Position numbers and translations under genes: made by a program. This document shows positions 30,673 through 32,551 of a stretch of DNA of 32,551 bases, piece after piece; within the stretch, counting starts at the first letter, position 1; every line of letters starts with the position of its first letter. The DNA is taken from positions 1 to 32,551 of the IMG/VR virus record IMGVR_UViG_3300037587_000312, one strand, 5' to 3'. A model generated the notes under the pieces. That model ran no database searches. It was given only the letters and a program-made list of their open reading frames with translations, and had not been told where the DNA came from. The stretch is from a virus (Duplodnaviria; Heunggongvirae; Uroviricota; Caudoviricetes).

Positions 30673-32016
30673 ATGGCACAGATATCCGATTATGTCTCCG
30701 TAACGGTGACTAGAGGTTCACGCCCAATTACCACTGCTGGATTTGGTATCCCCATGTTCCTTGCACAGGTTAATTTCTACGGAGCTTCAGAAGAGCACAA
30801 AATTTATTCAGATGTAGTTTCTATGACTACAGACGGATTCCCTACTAACCATCCTGCGGTAGTTTGGGCTACAGATGTATTTGCTCAAACTCAAAAACCA
30901 AACAGTATTGTAATTGGGCGTCAAGATTATACCTCTTATGATGTAACACCTACGCCTGCTGATGATACAGACTTCACAGTTGAAATTGGTATCCTTGGAT
31001 TTACAACTAGTTTTGTATTCACCTCTGGTACTTCAGCAACAGCTACACAGATCGTAGATGGTCTTAAAGCTCTGATTGATGGGGACTCTAATTATACTGG
31101 TGTTATCACAGCAACCAATGTTGCAGATGAACTTGTAATTGCGCCTGTAGCAGGACAAGAAACTTTCGTAAACGCGATCACTTCTAATTTGGTACGAGTT
31201 ACCAATGGTGCTGAAGATGTTGATGTAGCACTAGCATCTGTGACAGCAGCTCACAATGAGTATTTCTTCTTAGCTGGTCAATCTCAATCAGATGCAGATA
31301 TGAAGAAGTTTGCTGCTTTCGCTCAAGCAAACGATAAAATGTATTTCGGTAGTATTCCACTCTCTATGTCTGGACTTGGTGCTGGGGCGGATACAGGCTT
31401 TGATCTTAAAGCTCTGCAATACGATAATACACAGACTGTTTACCGTAATGATGCCAACCTAGAAGAATATGCCTCAGGTGCTCTTATTGGGTCTATGGCA
31501 GCAACCAATCCCGGTACTAGTATCTGGTTCGGTAAAACCCTTCAAGGTGTAACAGCTGAGAGTTTCACAGGAACCCAAGAGAATGATATCGCTGGTGTTA
31601 ATTCTAACTACTACCCTCTCGTGGCTGGTGTTGGATTCTACACAGATGGTGTTCAAGCCTCAGGCGAATTCGGAGATACCATCCGATTCAGTTTATGGCT
31701 TAAAGCTCGTATTGCAGAAGCTGTATTCGGATTACTGAAACGTCAATCTGATTTAGGACTTAAAGTACCTCATGATGAAAGAGGTTATGCAATGGTCCGA
31801 CAGGTCATCCAAAATGATGTTCTGGCACTCGGTGTTTCTCGTGGAGCCATTTCAACTGCTAAGGACGGCGCTGTTGATCCGACAGTTCGTACACTTGCTC
31901 GAGATGAAGTTCCAACCAATGATCGCGCAGCTCGTATCCTACCGGATGTGGTTGTTGATCTAGTTTATTCTGGTGCCGTCCAAGACGTTCGCATCAGAGT
32001 CTACGTAACAGTTTAA
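30673..32016 (+). CDS. contractile tail sheath protein (DUF3383-like)
   Basis: 447 aa; AGFGIPMFL and GEFGDTIRFSLWLKARI; C-terminal YSGAVQ.V.I.V.V. Confidence 0.88.
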   Translation: MAQISDYVSVTVTRGSRPITTAGFGIPMFLAQVNFYGASEEHKIYSDVVSMTTDGFPTNHPAVVWATDVFAQTQKPNSIVIGRQDYTSYDVTPTPADDTDFTVEIGILGFTTSFVFTSGTSATATQIVDGLKALIDGDSNYTGVITATNVADELVIAPVAGQETFVNAITSNLVRVTNGAEDVDVALASVTAAHNEYFFLAGQSQSDADMKKFAAFAQANDKMYFGSIPLSMSGLGAGADTGFDLKALQYDNTQTVYRNDANLEEYASGALIGSMAATNPGTSIWFGKTLQGVTAESFTGTQENDIAGVNSNYYPLVAGVGFYTDGVQASGEFGDTIRFSLWLKARIAEAVFGLLKRQSDLGLKVPHDERGYAMVRQVIQNDVLALGVSRGAISTAKDGAVDPTVRTLARDEVPTNDRAARILPDVVVDLVYSGAVQDVRIRVYVTV

Positions 32017-32031
32017 TAGGAGTCATACACA

Positions 32032-32511
32032 ATGGCATTAACAAATAGTATTCCTCGTCAATATGACCCTGCAAAAGTTGTTCTTCTTCTGGGTGATGTT
32101 GCACCAACAGATGTCGCACCTGACACAATGTATGTTATCTCTAAAGAAGAAGATACCATCATGCCAACAGTGGGTGTACTCGGTGAAGTAGCACTCTCCC
32201 GTAACAGGAATAACTTAGGGACATTAACTATTTCCCTCAAGCAAACTTCCCCGATGAACCAAATCTTTATGAAATGGATGACAACCTCATACGTTTCAGG
32301 GGTTCATTTCTTCCCTGTCGATCTAACAGACCCTGCTAGTGGGATTGTAATGTCAACAACTGGGTGGATTCAAACACAACCAGACTTCACTCTTGGGAAA
32401 GAGGTTTCTCAACTGGACTGGGTAATCGGACTGGCGAATGTAGAGTTTGAAATCTCAACTGGAGCTAATCTTGTAGCTGAAGCGATTAATGCGGCTGCTT
32501 CGGTACTATAA
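32032..32511 (+). CDS. tail tube protein
   Basis: 159 aa after the sheath; YDPAKV...GTLTISLKQTSP.N. Confidence 0.85.
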   Translation: MALTNSIPRQYDPAKVVLLLGDVAPTDVAPDTMYVISKEEDTIMPTVGVLGEVALSRNRNNLGTLTISLKQTSPMNQIFMKWMTTSYVSGVHFFPVDLTDPASGIVMSTTGWIQTQPDFTLGKEVSQLDWVIGLANVEFEISTGANLVAEAINAAASVL

Positions 32512-32518
32512 ACTTAAT

Positions 32519-32539
32519 GGGGGCTTCTGCCCCCTTTTT
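32519..32539 (+). terminator. Rho-independent terminator
   Basis: GGGGGC-TTCT-GCCCCC-TTTTT. Confidence 0.9.
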
Positions 32540-32551
32540 ATTCTGAGGAGA

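Noticed and set aside
21124-32240. Short alternative-frame and antisense ORFs inside structural genes
   Set aside because: Nested within conserved long CDSs with no independent signals
1-32551. CRISPR array, IS element, integrase or rRNA
   Set aside because: No regularly spaced repeats, transposase or integrase motifs, or rRNA sequence seen

Overview
32.5 kb segment of a large lytic myovirus genome. The head and tail gene order resembles Felixounavirus/rV5-like phages, and the sigma70-type promoters and ACP-like domain suggest a gammaproteobacterial host (inference). 1-11.6 kb, minus strand: nucleotide-metabolism and nuclease genes (ThyX, thioredoxin, DnaQ-like exonuclease, EndoVII-like, RuvC-like, 5' exonuclease, DsbA-like, PhoH, M15 endolysin, dCMP deaminase), plus an acyl-carrier-protein look-alike whose phosphopantetheine Ser is replaced by Glu. 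Transcription diverges at about 11.7-11.9 kb. The plus strand then carries a compact PolA/T7-RNAP-like protein, small membrane and Zn-finger genes and a holin-like gene. 16.1-20.0 kb is an array of 19 tRNAs (one per amino acid, no Cys found) interleaved with a PD-(D/E)XK endonuclease, unannotated mini-ORFs and several structured ncRNA-like domains. From 20.1 kb: terminase, portal, protease, scaffold, capsid, neck, sheath and tube genes. Top leads: (1) cognate-codon leader peptides coupled to hairpins that sequester tRNA-Tyr and tRNA-Gln; (2) the Ser-to-Glu ACP mimic; (3) the minimal polymerase-like protein; (4) an anti-Shine-Dalgarno hairpin in front of terL; (5) a tRNA-Sec-like RNA and other orphan RNAs. 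All structures and homologies were assessed by eye, with no folding or database search.
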